DNA from: a bacterium
Lineage (GTDB): Bacteria; Joyebacterota; Joyebacteria; Joyebacterales; Joyebacteraceae
Length of the DNA: 48,056 nucleotides
Assembly: GCA_025782345.1 (NCBI GenBank)
Contig: JALGZG010000315.1
Location: 1 to 48,056 of the forward strand
Direction of reading: 5' to 3'
Positions 19,891 through 29,448 of this stretch are shown here, piece after piece. Each line of letters starts with the position of its first letter. Position 1 is the stretch's first letter. Position numbers and translations under genes: made by a program. Below the pieces are notes generated by a model that was given only the letters and a program-made list of their open reading frames with translations, was not told the DNA's origin and did no database searches.

Positions 19891-22800
19891 GCCGAGACTC
19901 CGCGGGCAATGCTGTCCCCGAATCCGGCGGTGTCCCTGTGAAGTTGTCCCCGACAGTTCTCTTTCTCCTGATAGCGGTGGCGACTGCCGCCTGGCCGGCG
20001 GTTCCCTCTCTTGCCGCCGTCCTTGATGAGCCCGGTTCCGACCAGTTCATGATCACCGCCGAGCGCGTGGAGGCCGAGGAAGGCCCCCGGGGCAGGATCG
20101 TGCGGCTCGCGGAGAACGTGATGGTAACCCGTCTGGGAGCGACGCTCAGAGGGGCGCGCGGCGTCTACTACGAGACCGAAGGTCACGTCGTCATCTTCGG
20201 CAACGTCACCGGCGAGGATGGCGGGCGAACGATTCGCTGTGACACCCTGGACTATTTCCTCGACACCGACATCGCGCATCTCCGGGGCAACGCCTCCTAC
20301 ACGGACACGTCCGCCACGACCACCGCCGACAGGATCCACATGCTGAGAGGAGAGAACGTCGCCGTTTGTCGGGGCAACGTCCGCTCCCGGGACAGCGACG
20401 CCACCTCCGAACTCCTCGCGGGCTCGCTCGTCTACGACTTCGACACCGGTGAGGGGAGGGCCTCGAAGGGGCCGACGCTCAGAACCTACGATGACGAGGG
20501 AACGCATGGCGGGACGCTCACAGCGGACGTCATCGAGTTCAGCACAGCCACCGATGCCATCCGCGCCTTCGGTGGCGTGACGATCGAGCGCGAGGACATC
20601 ACGGCCCGTGCGAGGGCCGCGTTGCTCGGCAGGGGCGGCAGCATCGTGCTCGTGGGCGACCCGTCCGTGCAGCAGGGCGAGGACCGGCTGACCGGCAACC
20701 TCATCAGGGTCTCGACCGACGACGGCGAGGTCTCGCGTGTCGTCTCCATCGGGAACGCCCGGGCCACGTATCACATCGAGCCGGATGAACCGGGGGAGGA
20801 CCGGTCGCACGGTGTCGTGGGCGGCGACACACTGACCATGTTCATGGAAGAGGGCCAACCCGTTCTCACGACCGTCAGAGGGCACGCGGAGAGCGAGCAC
20901 TGGGTCGGAGGGTCGGGCGAGAGGAACTTCGTCACGTCACGGGCCATCGATGTGCTGTTCACCGAGAGCCGCATCAAGCGAGTGGTCTTCCGGGGGCAGG
21001 CCTCGGGCACGTATTCCTTCCCGCCGGAAGCGTCGGCGCCAGCCGAGTCCGCTGCGCCGGCCGGCCCCCCGGAGGGTGCTGCGCCGGCCGAAGAGCCTGA
21101 GAGCGAGGCGGCCGCGGAGCAACTCGACGCCCCGGTGCCCGAGTCGCCCGCCGACTCGATCGCGCTCGACACCGTCGTCTACCAGAGCGACGAGATCAAC
21201 TACTACGTGGGCCGCAACCGGATCGTCCTGACCGGAGCGGCACAGGTCGAGCACCAGACCACCGTCCTTCTGGCTGATGACATCGTATTCGACCCGAGCG
21301 AGCAGGTCCTGGAAGCGTCCGGGAACCCTGACCTCCGTGAGACGACGGACAGGCTGGTGGGCGCGCACCTGAGCTATGACCTGAAGGGGAAGACCGGGAC
21401 CATCGACGGCGGCGTGACGACGTTTGAGGACGGCCTCTACTACGGCGACCACATCGTCCGGGAGCAAGACGGCACGCTCAAAGTGCGCCGCGGGACCTAC
21501 ACGACCTGCTCCAATCCCGACCCTCATTACCGCCTGGTGTCGCACAGGATGAAGATCTACCTGGACGACAAGGTCGTCGCGAAGCCCATCATCCTCTACA
21601 TCGGCGAGATCCCGGTGCTTGCGCTGCCGTTCTATGTCTTCCCCATCAGGAAGGAGCGTCACTCCGGCTTCCTGCTTCCGCAGCTCGAGCTCGGGATCAC
21701 GGAGGGCGAGGGCCGGTTCGTGCGGAACTTCGGGTACTACTGGGCGCCGAGCGAGTACTGGGACGCATCCATGTGGGCCGACTACTACGAGCTGACGAGA
21801 TGGATCGGGCACGTGGAGACCAGATACAAGCGGCGGTACGTGCTTTCGGGCAGCGTCAAGGCGTCCTTCATGCAGGAGCTTCTCTACAACAAGCGCCGCT
21901 GGGACCTCAAATTCAGCCACAGACAGGAAATGGGCAGGGTGTGGACAGCGGGCGCCTCCGGCGACTTCCGGAGCGACGCGACCTACGCGAGCGATTCCAA
22001 CCAGAGCATTCAGGAGAGCCTCAACAGGAGCCTCCGCTCCCAGCTCTGGGTCAGGGGGAGGTGGAGCAGATACTCACTCGGCGTGACGGCCGACCGGCGC
22101 GAGCAGCTGGACGCCGAGACCGTCACCGAGCTCCTGCCCAAGGTCGACGTGACGGCTGCCCAGCAGCCGATAATCGGTTCCGAGCGAGAGGTGCCGGGAT
22201 ACGTCTCGTGGCTCAAGAAGGTCTCGTTCGGCTGGAGCGGCCGGGCTGTCAACGACCGGGACACGGCCGAGGACGAGACGGTGGTGCGCCAGGGCGTGGG
22301 TGTCAAGGGGTCCCTCAGGGGCACCGGGAAATACCTGGGCTGGCTCAACCTGTCGCCGCGGCTCAACTTCCGACAGGACTGGTACGACCGCGACAAGGAC
22401 GGCACGGAGTTCCCCGGCCGGTTCACCTATGACGCGGGCCTGTCGGCGAGGACCACGGTCTACGGCACGTTCTTCCCGGAGGTTGCGGGCCTCTCGGCTC
22501 TCAGGCATATCGTGGAGCCGTCCGCGTCGTTCTCGTGGACGCCCGAGTTCCCGCAGTACTTCGACGAGAGCGGGCAGGACCGCTTCTACACCTTCAGCGG
22601 ATTCGGCTCGACGCCCCGTTCGAAGAGATCAGTGGGCCTCTCGCTCGTCAACAAGCTGCAGGCGAAGCTGGGTTCGGGCGAGTCGCAGCGGAAGATAGAT
22701 AATCTCGTGCGGCTCTCTACATCGACGTCGTACGATCTCAAGAAGGACGACCGGCCGTGGTCGGACCTGATCACGGGGCTGGAGATTCGCCCCGGGCCCG

Positions 22801-23339
22801 CGGTCTCGATGAGATGGAACACCCGCCACGACGCGTACGACGGCGCGATAGAGAACTCGACCGTCACGGCCACCGTCAACCTCAGGGGAGAACTCTCCGC
22901 GGTGTCGGCGGAACCGTGGGAGGACCGCGTCGCGCAGACAGATTCTCCCGCTGAGCAGCTGAGGCGCGAACTGGAAGCCCAGTCGATGGGGCTTCTCCCG
23001 GGCGAGAAAGCGTGGGACGGCTCGCTCACCTTCCGTTACTCCCGGGGCGCCGACCCCGCCAACGCCTCCTACTGGGTCGACGGCGGGCTCGCGTTCTCTC
23101 CGTCCGAGCGCTGGCGGTTGAACTATTCCCTGCACTACGACCTCGATGAGGGGGAGGTCGCGAGCCAGGAATACACCATCTACCGGGATCTCCACTGCTG
23201 GGAGGCCCGGTTCACCCAACGCTACTTCGAGGGGGAGTGGCTTCCCGGACGATTCCTATTGACAAGATGCGGGGTGTGCTGTAGCTTGCCCGCACGTTTC
23301 GGGCATTCTTTGTGGAAGCGTTGGCAGGCAGAAGGCTGA
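19887..23339 (+). CDS. LptD/OstA-family outer-membrane LPS-assembly protein (large form)
   Basis: 1150-aa ORF. A likely signal peptide follows GVPVKLSPTVLFLLIAVATAAWPAV, so the true start may be GTG 19938. It has repeated OstA/LptA-like N-terminal modules, an Ala/Pro/Glu-rich linker, then an LptD-like barrel (GTYTTCSNPDPHYRL, VLALPFYVFPI, YRDLHCWEARF). The last 35 or so residues look non-native (see findings). Confidence 0.7.
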   Translation: MSRDSAGNAVPESGGVPVKLSPTVLFLLIAVATAAWPAVPSLAAVLDEPGSDQFMITAERVEAEEGPRGRIVRLAENVMVTRLGATLRGARGVYYETEGHVVIFGNVTGEDGGRTIRCDTLDYFLDTDIAHLRGNASYTDTSATTTADRIHMLRGENVAVCRGNVRSRDSDATSELLAGSLVYDFDTGEGRASKGPTLRTYDDEGTHGGTLTADVIEFSTATDAIRAFGGVTIEREDITARARAALLGRGGSIVLVGDPSVQQGEDRLTGNLIRVSTDDGEVSRVVSIGNARATYHIEPDEPGEDRSHGVVGGDTLTMFMEEGQPVLTTVRGHAESEHWVGGSGERNFVTSRAIDVLFTESRIKRVVFRGQASGTYSFPPEASAPAESAAPAGPPEGAAPAEEPESEAAAEQLDAPVPESPADSIALDTVVYQSDEINYYVGRNRIVLTGAAQVEHQTTVLLADDIVFDPSEQVLEASGNPDLRETTDRLVGAHLSYDLKGKTGTIDGGVTTFEDGLYYGDHIVREQDGTLKVRRGTYTTCSNPDPHYRLVSHRMKIYLDDKVVAKPIILYIGEIPVLALPFYVFPIRKERHSGFLLPQLELGITEGEGRFVRNFGYYWAPSEYWDASMWADYYELTRWIGHVETRYKRRYVLSGSVKASFMQELLYNKRRWDLKFSHRQEMGRVWTAGASGDFRSDATYASDSNQSIQESLNRSLRSQLWVRGRWSRYSLGVTADRREQLDAETVTELLPKVDVTAAQQPIIGSEREVPGYVSWLKKVSFGWSGRAVNDRDTAEDETVVRQGVGVKGSLRGTGKYLGWLNLSPRLNFRQDWYDRDKDGTEFPGRFTYDAGLSARTTVYGTFFPEVAGLSALRHIVEPSASFSWTPEFPQYFDESGQDRFYTFSGFGSTPRSKRSVGLSLVNKLQAKLGSGESQRKIDNLVRLSTSTSYDLKKDDRPWSDLITGLEIRPGPAVSMRWNTRHDAYDGAIENSTVTATVNLRGELSAVSAEPWEDRVAQTDSPAEQLRRELEAQSMGLLPGEKAWDGSLTFRYSRGADPANASYWVDGGLAFSPSERWRLNYSLHYDLDEGEVASQEYTIYRDLHCWEARFTQRYFEGEWLPGRFLLTRCGVCCSLPARFGHSLWKRWQAEG
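23259..23287 (+). promoter_or_regulatory. candidate promoter for the HU gene (TTGACA-N17-TAGCTT)
   Basis: -35 TTGACA at 23259..23264 and -10-like TAGCTT at 23282..23287. It lies inside the 3' tail of the LptD-like ORF, about 70 nt upstream of ATG 23355. Confidence 0.3.
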
Positions 23340-23354
23340 GAGGGGGGCTAAGGG

Positions 23355-23639
23355 ATGAACAAGGCAGAACTGGTCGAGAAGCTGGCAACAAGAGCGGAAA
23401 TGTCGAACAGAGCCGCCAAGGATGTTATTGACGCGCTTTTCGGCATCGATGGCGGCATCATCTCCAGTGAGCTGAAGGCCAAGGGCAAGGTCCAGGTCAC
23501 CGGCTTCGGTACATTCAGTGCGGACCACCGGCCCACCCGCGACTGGCGGATCCCGGGCACGGACAAGACCAAGCGCGTCGCCGCCCACTACTACCCGAAG
23601 TTCAAGGCCGGCAAGTCGCTGAAGGAGTTCGTGAAGTAG
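23355..23639 (+). CDS. HU-family nucleoid-associated DNA-binding protein
   Basis: 94 aa: MNKAELVEKLA...AAKDVIDALF...GFGTF...KFKAGKSLKE. Typical HU/IHF fold sequence. Confidence 0.9.
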   Translation: MNKAELVEKLATRAEMSNRAAKDVIDALFGIDGGIISSELKAKGKVQVTGFGTFSADHRPTRDWRIPGTDKTKRVAAHYYPKFKAGKSLKEFVK

Positions 23640-23668
23640 CTGCACACCTTCGTTGTACGCGTATGTCT

Positions 23669-23703
23669 AGAGAGGCGGGAGATCGGCGATCTCCCGCCTC
23701 TCT
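23669..23703 (+). terminator. strong hairpin downstream of the HU gene (intrinsic-terminator-like)
   Basis: AGAGAGGCGGGAGATC-GGC-GATCTCCCGCCTCTCT forms a perfect 16-bp stem with a 3-nt loop, followed by TCC rather than a long T tract. Confidence 0.65.
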
Positions 23704-23783
23704 TCCTGTACCGGACCTCCTGGTGCGGAGACGTAGCGACCACACGGACGCCGGGCGGCGTGGGGGCCGACGGCGCCGGCGGC

Positions 23784-23825
23784 GGGGCCGAACGAGCGGG
23801 GCCGAACGAGCGGGACCGAACGAGG
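23784..23825. repeat. 14-bp direct tandem repeat, 3 copies, abutting a TTGACA box
   Basis: GGGGCCGAACGAGC / GGGGCCGAACGAGC / GGGACCGAACGAGG, read directly. TTGACA follows immediately at 23826..23831. Confidence 0.9.
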
Positions 23826-23878
23826 TTGACAGGTGCTCCTACTGTGTCGCAGGATGAAGTAGGAGATGGTCTTACTCC

Positions 23879-23920
23879 TTAAGGCTGTGGATCAGAGCGT
23901 TAAGGCTGTGGATCAGAGCG
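23879..23920. repeat. perfect 21-bp tandem duplication
   Basis: TTAAGGCTGTGGATCAGAGCG occurs twice back to back (23879..23899 and 23900..23920). Confidence 0.95.
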
Positions 23921-24019
23921 GATTCGAACGGAGGAGCAGATGGGCGAGTTCACTGGGCTTCTGGAACTGCTGGGCGCCCTGTTCCGCCTCTTCGGGTTGG
24001 GGGAGAACGCGATATTCCC

Positions 24020-24262
24020 GTGATAGTCTTCTTCCTGATAGCGGTCCCGGTAGGGCTGGCGGCGCAGTCGCGGCGGGTTCGCACAGGCAGGGCCGGGATG
24101 ATAGGTGAGAAGGGCGTGGCCGTCACGGACCTCCGGCCCGGGGGGCGCGTATACGTCCACGGCGAGTACTGGAACGCCGTTTCGGACGAGGAGGTGGCGT
24201 CGGGCGCCGCCATCGAGGTCGAGTCGGTCGCGGGGCTGACCCTGAAGGTGAAGCTGGTCTGA
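24020..24262 (+). CDS. NfeD-family protein, C-terminal OB-fold part (N-terminus uncertain, possibly frameshifted from ATG 23940)
   Basis: 80 aa: a TM segment ([13 protein letters not shown]) plus the NfeD C-terminal motif ([52 protein letters not shown]). It precedes an SPFH gene by 14 nt, the classic nfeD-stomatin pairing. A 27-codon ORF in another frame (23940..24023, [27 protein letters not shown], preceded by GGAGGAG) ends exactly where this ORF starts. Confidence 0.7.
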   Translation: MIVFFLIAVPVGLAAQSRRVRTGRAGMIGEKGVAVTDLRPGGRVYVHGEYWNAVSDEEVASGAAIEVESVAGLTLKVKLV

Positions 24263-24275
24263 TAGGAGGTGTCGC

Positions 24276-25028
24276 ATGGGCGGGATCCTGATCATCGCAT
24301 TGGTGGTGCTCGTTCTCCTCAAGATGTCTGTCTACGTGCTGAGAGAATACGAACGGGGCGTCGTGTTCCGGCTGGGCCGGCTGGCCGGGGTCAGGGGTCC
24401 CGGGCTCATCCTCGTCATACCCTTCATCGACCGCGTGGTGCGCGTCAGCCTGCGGATAGTCGCGATGGACGTGCCGCCTCAGGATGTGGTGACGAAGGAC
24501 AACGTCTCCGTCAAGGTGAACGCCGTCGTCTACTTCCGCGTCTTCGAGCCGGACAAGGCTATCGTGGAGGTGCAGGACTACAACTACGCGACCTCTCAGC
24601 TCTCCCAGACCACGCTCAGGAGCGTCATCGGCGGCGCGGAGCTCGACGAGCTCTTGTCCGCACGGGAGAAGATCAACGTGGAGCTGCAGTCGATCCTGGA
24701 CCGCCAGACCGACAGCTGGGGCATCAAGGTCTCGGCGGTCGAGGTCAAGCATGTCGACCTCCCGGACACGATGCAGCGCGCGATAGCGAAGCAGGCCGAG
24801 GCCGAGAGAGAGCGACGCGCCAAGGTGATTCACGCGGCGGGCGAGCTTCAGGCCTCGGAGAAGCTGTCCCAGGCCGCTCATGTGCTGGCGACTGAGCCCA
24901 CGTCCATCCAGCTCCGCTTCCTCCAGACGCTGAGCGAGATAGCCGTCGAGAAGAACTCGACGATAGTCTTCCCGGTTCCCATCGACATTGTCGAGCACTT
25001 CATGAAGGCGAAGAAAGACACGGATTAG
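24276..25028 (+). CDS. SPFH/Band-7 (stomatin-like, slipin) membrane protein
   Basis: 250 aa. N-terminal TM, then [29 protein letters not shown], and a coiled-coil [11 protein letters not shown]. Confidence 0.9.
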   Translation: MGGILIIALVVLVLLKMSVYVLREYERGVVFRLGRLAGVRGPGLILVIPFIDRVVRVSLRIVAMDVPPQDVVTKDNVSVKVNAVVYFRVFEPDKAIVEVQDYNYATSQLSQTTLRSVIGGAELDELLSAREKINVELQSILDRQTDSWGIKVSAVEVKHVDLPDTMQRAIAKQAEAERERRAKVIHAAGELQASEKLSQAAHVLATEPTSIQLRFLQTLSEIAVEKNSTIVFPVPIDIVEHFMKAKKDTD

Positions 25029-25040
25029 CCCGAGTGGCCG

Positions 25041-25071
25041 GAGGCCGGGTGGGTTGTCCCCACCCGGCCTC
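25041..25071 (+). terminator. hairpin after the SPFH gene (terminator-like)
   Basis: GAGGCCGGGTGGG-TTGTC-CCCACCCGGCCTC: a 13-bp GC-rich stem located 13 nt after the stop codon. Confidence 0.6.
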
Positions 25072-25091
25072 TCTGCATCCAAGGTGAACAG

Positions 25092-26777
25092 ATGATCTTG
25101 AGCGGTTCCAGATACAGATGGAAGCTGGCGTCCACAGAACCCGGACTGGCATCGGACATCAGCCGTGCGAACGGCATCTCGGAGGTCTTCGCCCGCGTGC
25201 TCACGGCCAGGGACGTCGGCTCCGCGGACGAAGCGATCCGCTATCTCGCTGCCCTGGATGATCCTCTTCCCGACGCGCGCCTGCTGCCGGATGCGGGCCG
25301 GGTCGTGGAGAGGGTGCGATCGGCGCTGGAGTCGAAGGAGCTTATCGCGGTGCACGGCCACGACGACGCCGACGGCGTGACCGCGACTACGGTCATGATG
25401 GAGACCCTGGACCAGCTGGGCGCCTCCGTCGTTTCATACATCCCTGATCGGAAGACGGAGGGGCACGGGCTCACCCGCGCCGAGCTGGACCGGCTGCACG
25501 GGGCGGGGGTCGGTCTCATCATCACCGTCGACAGCTGCGTCAGCGACAGGGAGTTCATCAGCTACGGCAACGAGCTTGGGATCGACACGATAGTCACAGA
25601 CCATCACGAGATCCCGCCGGAGCTGCCTCCCGCCGTCGCCATAGTCGATCCGAAGCTGCCCGACTCGCGCTTTCCCTACAGGTTCATGGCCGGCGTCGGT
25701 GTGGCGCTCAGGGTGGCCGACCTTCTCATGGAGGATCTGCGCGGCGAGTTCGGTCCCGCCGGAGAGAACGTTCCCTGGTACGGGCCGAATTGGCGGCAGG
25801 AGTCGCTCGCGCTCGTCGCCATCGGGTCGATCGCGGACAAGGTCCCGCTGACGGGTGACAACAGGTCCCTCGTGACGCAGGGGCTGGCCGCGGCGCCGGG
25901 CACGAACCGCGTCGGCTTGAGGGCCGCGCTGGAGGAGGGGTGCCTGTGGGGCCGGGAGCTCTCTCCCGAGGACGTCCGGGACTCGCTCGGGCGGCTCATG
26001 GGGCGGGCCCCGGGCGACTCACCGGGCACGCAGAAGGCGCTCGACCTTCTGGCGATGCGGGACCCGGACGATGCCCGCGCTCTCGCTGCCTCGCTCTTCG
26101 AGCGCCAGGAGAGATGGCGGGGGGAAGCTATGGCTGCATGGAGGAAAGCGCGCGAGGACTTCGAGCGTGACGGCGCCGCCGTGTCGTCCCCGGTGATCAT
26201 TCTTGAGACAGAGGTGCCGATCGGCACAGCCGGCTACGTTGCCTCGAGGCTCACCGAGGAGACCGGGCGCCCCGTGATCATGCTCGGCAGGCGCGATTCG
26301 GAACTGATGGCGGAGGCGAGGGGACCCGTGGGGTTCAACTTCGTCGATGCCTTCGCTACCATGCGCGAACTCTTCATCGGGTACGGCGGGCATCCGCGCG
26401 CGGCCGGGTTCTCCATGGTCCCGTCTCAGATGCCCCGGTTCAGAGAGAGAATGGACGACTTCGTCGGGTCGAATCCGCCGGCGCCGGACCCGCGCCGGAT
26501 CGACGCGGAGCTCCGGCTCGAGGAGACGACAGCCGAGCTTGGGCGAGAGCTCGAGCGGATGCGGCCCTTCGGGCAGGGAAATCGCAGGGCCGTGTTCCTC
26601 GCGCGCCGTGTGACGTCAACGACACTCAGTGATGTCGAGGCGAGAGGTGTCAGATTCGGGACCCCGGTGAGGATCGGCGAAACTCCTTCCGACGTGGTCT
26701 TCAGGCTGCGCAATTCTGAAGGCGTGGCGCTCGTCAGCATCCTCGACTCGGTCGTCTCCAGTGCATCCGGAGGATAG
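25092..26777 (+). CDS. recJ: single-stranded-DNA-specific exonuclease RecJ
   Basis: 561 aa; DHH family motifs (IAVHGHDDADGVTA, ITVDSCVS, VTDHHEIP) and a DHHA1-like GGHPRAAGF. Confidence 0.9.
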   Translation: MILSGSRYRWKLASTEPGLASDISRANGISEVFARVLTARDVGSADEAIRYLAALDDPLPDARLLPDAGRVVERVRSALESKELIAVHGHDDADGVTATTVMMETLDQLGASVVSYIPDRKTEGHGLTRAELDRLHGAGVGLIITVDSCVSDREFISYGNELGIDTIVTDHHEIPPELPPAVAIVDPKLPDSRFPYRFMAGVGVALRVADLLMEDLRGEFGPAGENVPWYGPNWRQESLALVAIGSIADKVPLTGDNRSLVTQGLAAAPGTNRVGLRAALEEGCLWGRELSPEDVRDSLGRLMGRAPGDSPGTQKALDLLAMRDPDDARALAASLFERQERWRGEAMAAWRKAREDFERDGAAVSSPVIILETEVPIGTAGYVASRLTEETGRPVIMLGRRDSELMAEARGPVGFNFVDAFATMRELFIGYGGHPRAAGFSMVPSQMPRFRERMDDFVGSNPPAPDPRRIDAELRLEETTAELGRELERMRPFGQGNRRAVFLARRVTSTTLSDVEARGVRFGTPVRIGETPSDVVFRLRNSEGVALVSILDSVVSSASGG

Positions 26778-27534
26778 CGACGTGGCGGACTCGGACGGAG
26801 CGGTGGAGGCGGGCCGGCTGTTTGTCGTGGCGACGCCCATCGGTAATCTCGGCGACGCGACGCCGCGCTCGATAGAGATTCTGAGGTCCGTCGATGCGAT
26901 CGCCGCCGAGGACACGAGACGCACCAGGAAGCTCCTGACGCATTTCGGTATCACGACGCGCCAGATTCCCTACCACGATCACAACGAGGAGCGAGCCTCC
27001 CGGGAGATACTGGAGCGCATCGAGGCTGGCGATGACATTGCCTTGGTAAGCGATGCGGGAACGCCGCTCGTGGCCGACCCGGGCTACCGCCTGGTCTCCT
27101 CATGCGCGGAACGAGGGCTTGAGGTGGTCGCCGTCCCCGGCCCCTCAGCGGTGATCGCGGCGCTGTCGATCGCCGGGCTTCCCCCGCAGCCTTTCCACTT
27201 CGCCGGCTACCTGCCCAGAAAAGGCGGTCAGCGCAGGAACAGGCTGGCCTCCCTCGCCGGCCTTTCCTGCACCGTGGTCTACTATGAGTCACCCCACAGG
27301 ATCGCGGCGGCTCTCAAGGACATGCACGAGGTGCTTGGGGATCGGAAGGCCGTGGTCGCCCGCGAGCTGACCAAGGTTCATGAGGAGGTCCTGCGCGGGA
27401 CCCTGGGGGAGCTGTCGGAGATGGCCGAGAGCCGGCGTTTCAAGGGAGAGATCGTCGTCGTGGTCGGGTGTCGGGGGAAGGACGGGGGTCGAGGCGGGAC
27501 CATACGGGAAGAGGTTGACACCTCAGTTTTGTGA
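26761..27534 (+). CDS. rsmI: 16S rRNA (cytidine1402-2'-O)-methyltransferase
   Basis: LFVVATPIGNLGDATPRSIEILRSVDAIAAEDTRRTRKLL, ALVSDAGTPLVADPGYRLV, YESPHR. The start may be GTG 26761 or GTG 26782; both are in frame. Confidence 0.85.
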   Translation: MHPEDSDVADSDGAVEAGRLFVVATPIGNLGDATPRSIEILRSVDAIAAEDTRRTRKLLTHFGITTRQIPYHDHNEERASREILERIEAGDDIALVSDAGTPLVADPGYRLVSSCAERGLEVVAVPGPSAVIAALSIAGLPPQPFHFAGYLPRKGGQRRNRLASLAGLSCTVVYYESPHRIAAALKDMHEVLGDRKAVVARELTKVHEEVLRGTLGELSEMAESRRFKGEIVVVVGCRGKDGGRGGTIREEVDTSVL

Positions 27535-27544
27535 GTGCTAAACT
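27515..27544 (+). promoter_or_regulatory. candidate promoter (TTGACA-N18-TAAACT) for the inositol gene pair
   Basis: -35 TTGACA at 27515..27520 and -10-like TAAACT at 27539..27544, spanning the rsmI stop and about 60 nt upstream of ATG 27603. Confidence 0.3.
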
Positions 27545-27602
27545 GCAGTGTTCACGGGGGAGTGTCGTCCGGAGTTCTCCGTCAAGAGGTGAGTGCACGA
27601 GC

Positions 27603-28199
27603 ATGTCGGCTCGCAGGCTAAAGAGCAAAGTCCGTGGACTTCTTGGTCCCGCCGCGCGGCTCGTGGCCGATCTGGGGATCCCCCCCGCAGCGATCACGTT
27701 CGCGGGACTGGTCCTGTCGGTCTTCTCCGGATGGGGCATCGCCACAGGGCATTTTCTGCGCGCGGGCATCCTGTTGATACTCGCGGGTTTCTGCGACATG
27801 ATAGACGGGGAGACCGCCAGAGCAGGGAGCGGGGCGACAGCGTCAGGCGCCTTTCTCGACTCGACAGTCGACCGGTACTCCGAGATCGTCGTGTTGCTCG
27901 GGGCGCTCTTCTACTACATGGCAGGGACTCATGGGGCGCCGGAGGTTGGAACTGCAGTGGCCGTATTCGCCGCGCTCGCCGGTTCTCTGATGGTCAGCTA
28001 CACGCGGGCACGCGCTGAGGCGGTAGGCACGAGCTGCGAGGTCGGACTGACAGAGCGGCCCGAGCGCATGGTCATACTCATCGCCGGCGCGCTGCTGGGC
28101 GCCGGGGCCTTCAGAGTGGCGATCTGGGTGCTCGCCGTGCTCGCCAATCTGACAGCGATACAGCGGATTCGTTACGTTCTGGGCGCCACCAAGGACTGA
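27603..28199 (+). CDS. CDP-alcohol phosphatidyltransferase (phosphatidylinositol-phosphate synthase-like)
   Basis: About 198 aa from ATG 27603 (RBS AAGAGGTGAG). Multi-TM, with the family motif D-x2-D-G-x2-A-R...G-x3-D-x3-D ([10 protein letters not shown]...[13 protein letters not shown]). Lies directly upstream of an inositol-1-phosphate synthase gene. Confidence 0.8.
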   Translation: MSARRLKSKVRGLLGPAARLVADLGIPPAAITFAGLVLSVFSGWGIATGHFLRAGILLILAGFCDMIDGETARAGSGATASGAFLDSTVDRYSEIVVLLGALFYYMAGTHGAPEVGTAVAVFAALAGSLMVSYTRARAEAVGTSCEVGLTERPERMVILIAGALLGAGAFRVAIWVLAVLANLTAIQRIRYVLGATKD

Positions 28200-28239
28200 C
28201 CATCGGCGGCCACTCTACGCATCACTGGGGGTAGCGTTC

Positions 28240-29394
28240 ATGGGCGGGAAGAACAAGGTCAGAGTAGCGATCATCGGAGTGGGGAACTGCGCGTCCTCCC
28301 TCGTGCAGGGAGTGGAGTACTACAAGAACGCGCCGGCCGATGCGTTTGTGCCTGGACTGATGCACGTCGATCTCGGCGGTTACCACATCGGTGACATCGA
28401 GTTCTCGGCCGCGATCGACATCGACAAGAACAAGGTGGGACGGGATATCTCTGAGGCGATCTTCACGAAGCCGAACAACACCTACAAGTTCAGCGACGTG
28501 CCCAATCTTGGGGTGAGGGTGGCGAGGGGCATGACGCACGACGGTCTGGGGAAATACCTCTCCGAGATCATCGAGAAGGCACCCGGGTCGACCGAGGACA
28601 TCGTGAAGCTCCTCAAGGACACCGGGACCAACGTGGTGGTCAGCTTCCTGCCCGTCGGCAGCGAAGAGGCGACCAAGTGGTACGTTGAGCAAATCCTCGA
28701 AGCCGGGTGTGGCTTCGTCAACGGCATTCCGGTCTTCATTGCCCGCGAGCAGTACTGGCAGCAGCGCTTCGAGAAGAAGGGCCTGCCGGTCATGGGAGAC
28801 GACGTCAAGTCACAGGTCGGCGCGACCATCGTGCACCGCGTGCTGACCAGGCTCTTTCGGGACAGGGGAGTCAGGCTCGAGAGGACCAGCCAGCTCAACG
28901 TGGGTGGGAACACGGACTTCCTGAACATGCTCGAGCGCTCGCGTCTCGAGTCGAAGAAGATCTCCAAGACGAACGCCGTGACGTCGCAGCTTGACTACGA
29001 CATCGGTTCGGACAACGTCCACATCGGCCCGTCCGACTACATCCCGTGGCTGACCGACAGGAAGTGGGCCTACATACGAATGGAGGGCACGACCTTCGGC
29101 GATGTCCCGCTCAATGCCGAGCTCAAGCTCGAGGTATGGGACTCGCCCAACTCGGCCGGTGTCATGATCGACGCCGTCCGCTGCATGAAGCTCGCGCTCG
29201 ATAACGGTCTGTCGGGGGCCGTCGAGGGACCGTCCTCGTACTTCTTCAAGTCACCGCCGGTTCAGTACACCGACGACGAGGCCCGGCGAGCGACCGAGGA
29301 CTACATCACCAAGCATGCTCAGGAAGGCTGGTCCTCCGTGGAGAGCACTCCCGAGGACGCGCAGCAGGAACTCGTCGAGGAGCTGTCGAGCTAG
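28240..29394 (+). CDS. ino1: myo-inositol-1-phosphate synthase (inositol-3-phosphate synthase)
   Basis: 384 aa. NAD-binding start [24 protein letters not shown] and prokaryotic MIPS core ([37 protein letters not shown]). Confidence 0.9.
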   Translation: MGGKNKVRVAIIGVGNCASSLVQGVEYYKNAPADAFVPGLMHVDLGGYHIGDIEFSAAIDIDKNKVGRDISEAIFTKPNNTYKFSDVPNLGVRVARGMTHDGLGKYLSEIIEKAPGSTEDIVKLLKDTGTNVVVSFLPVGSEEATKWYVEQILEAGCGFVNGIPVFIAREQYWQQRFEKKGLPVMGDDVKSQVGATIVHRVLTRLFRDRGVRLERTSQLNVGGNTDFLNMLERSRLESKKISKTNAVTSQLDYDIGSDNVHIGPSDYIPWLTDRKWAYIRMEGTTFGDVPLNAELKLEVWDSPNSAGVMIDAVRCMKLALDNGLSGAVEGPSSYFFKSPPVQYTDDEARRATEDYITKHAQEGWSSVESTPEDAQQELVEELSS

Positions 29395-29448
29395 CCTGAG
29401 GGAGCTTGGCTCCCACGCGACGGCCACGAGGTTCAGACGATCATCTTC

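Noticed and set aside
23905-23935. tRNA-like fragments (TGGATCAGAGCG resembling a D-arm, GGATTCGAACGG resembling a T-loop) that might mark a degraded tRNA or an integration site.
   Set aside because: I could not fold a cloverleaf on either strand because the T-stem halves are not complementary. No integrase or other mobile-element gene is nearby. Kept only as part of the intergenic-region finding.
23663-24108. Small + strand ORFs 23663..23857 (64 aa) and 23866..24108 (80 aa, containing a duplicated KAVDQSV).
   Set aside because: The first is read through a terminator hairpin and G/C-rich tandem repeats and is Arg/Gly-rich. The second has AGGAG abutting its ATG with no spacer, and it becomes Trp/Cys/Arg-rich nonsense after the 21-bp duplication. 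No family resemblance.
27533-27541. GAGTGCTAA, the right half-site of CIRCE, upstream of the CDP-alcohol transferase gene.
   Set aside because: No TTAGCACTC left half-site lies at the 9-nt spacing or anywhere nearby, so a single 9-mer is likely chance. The region is better explained as part of a -10-like element.
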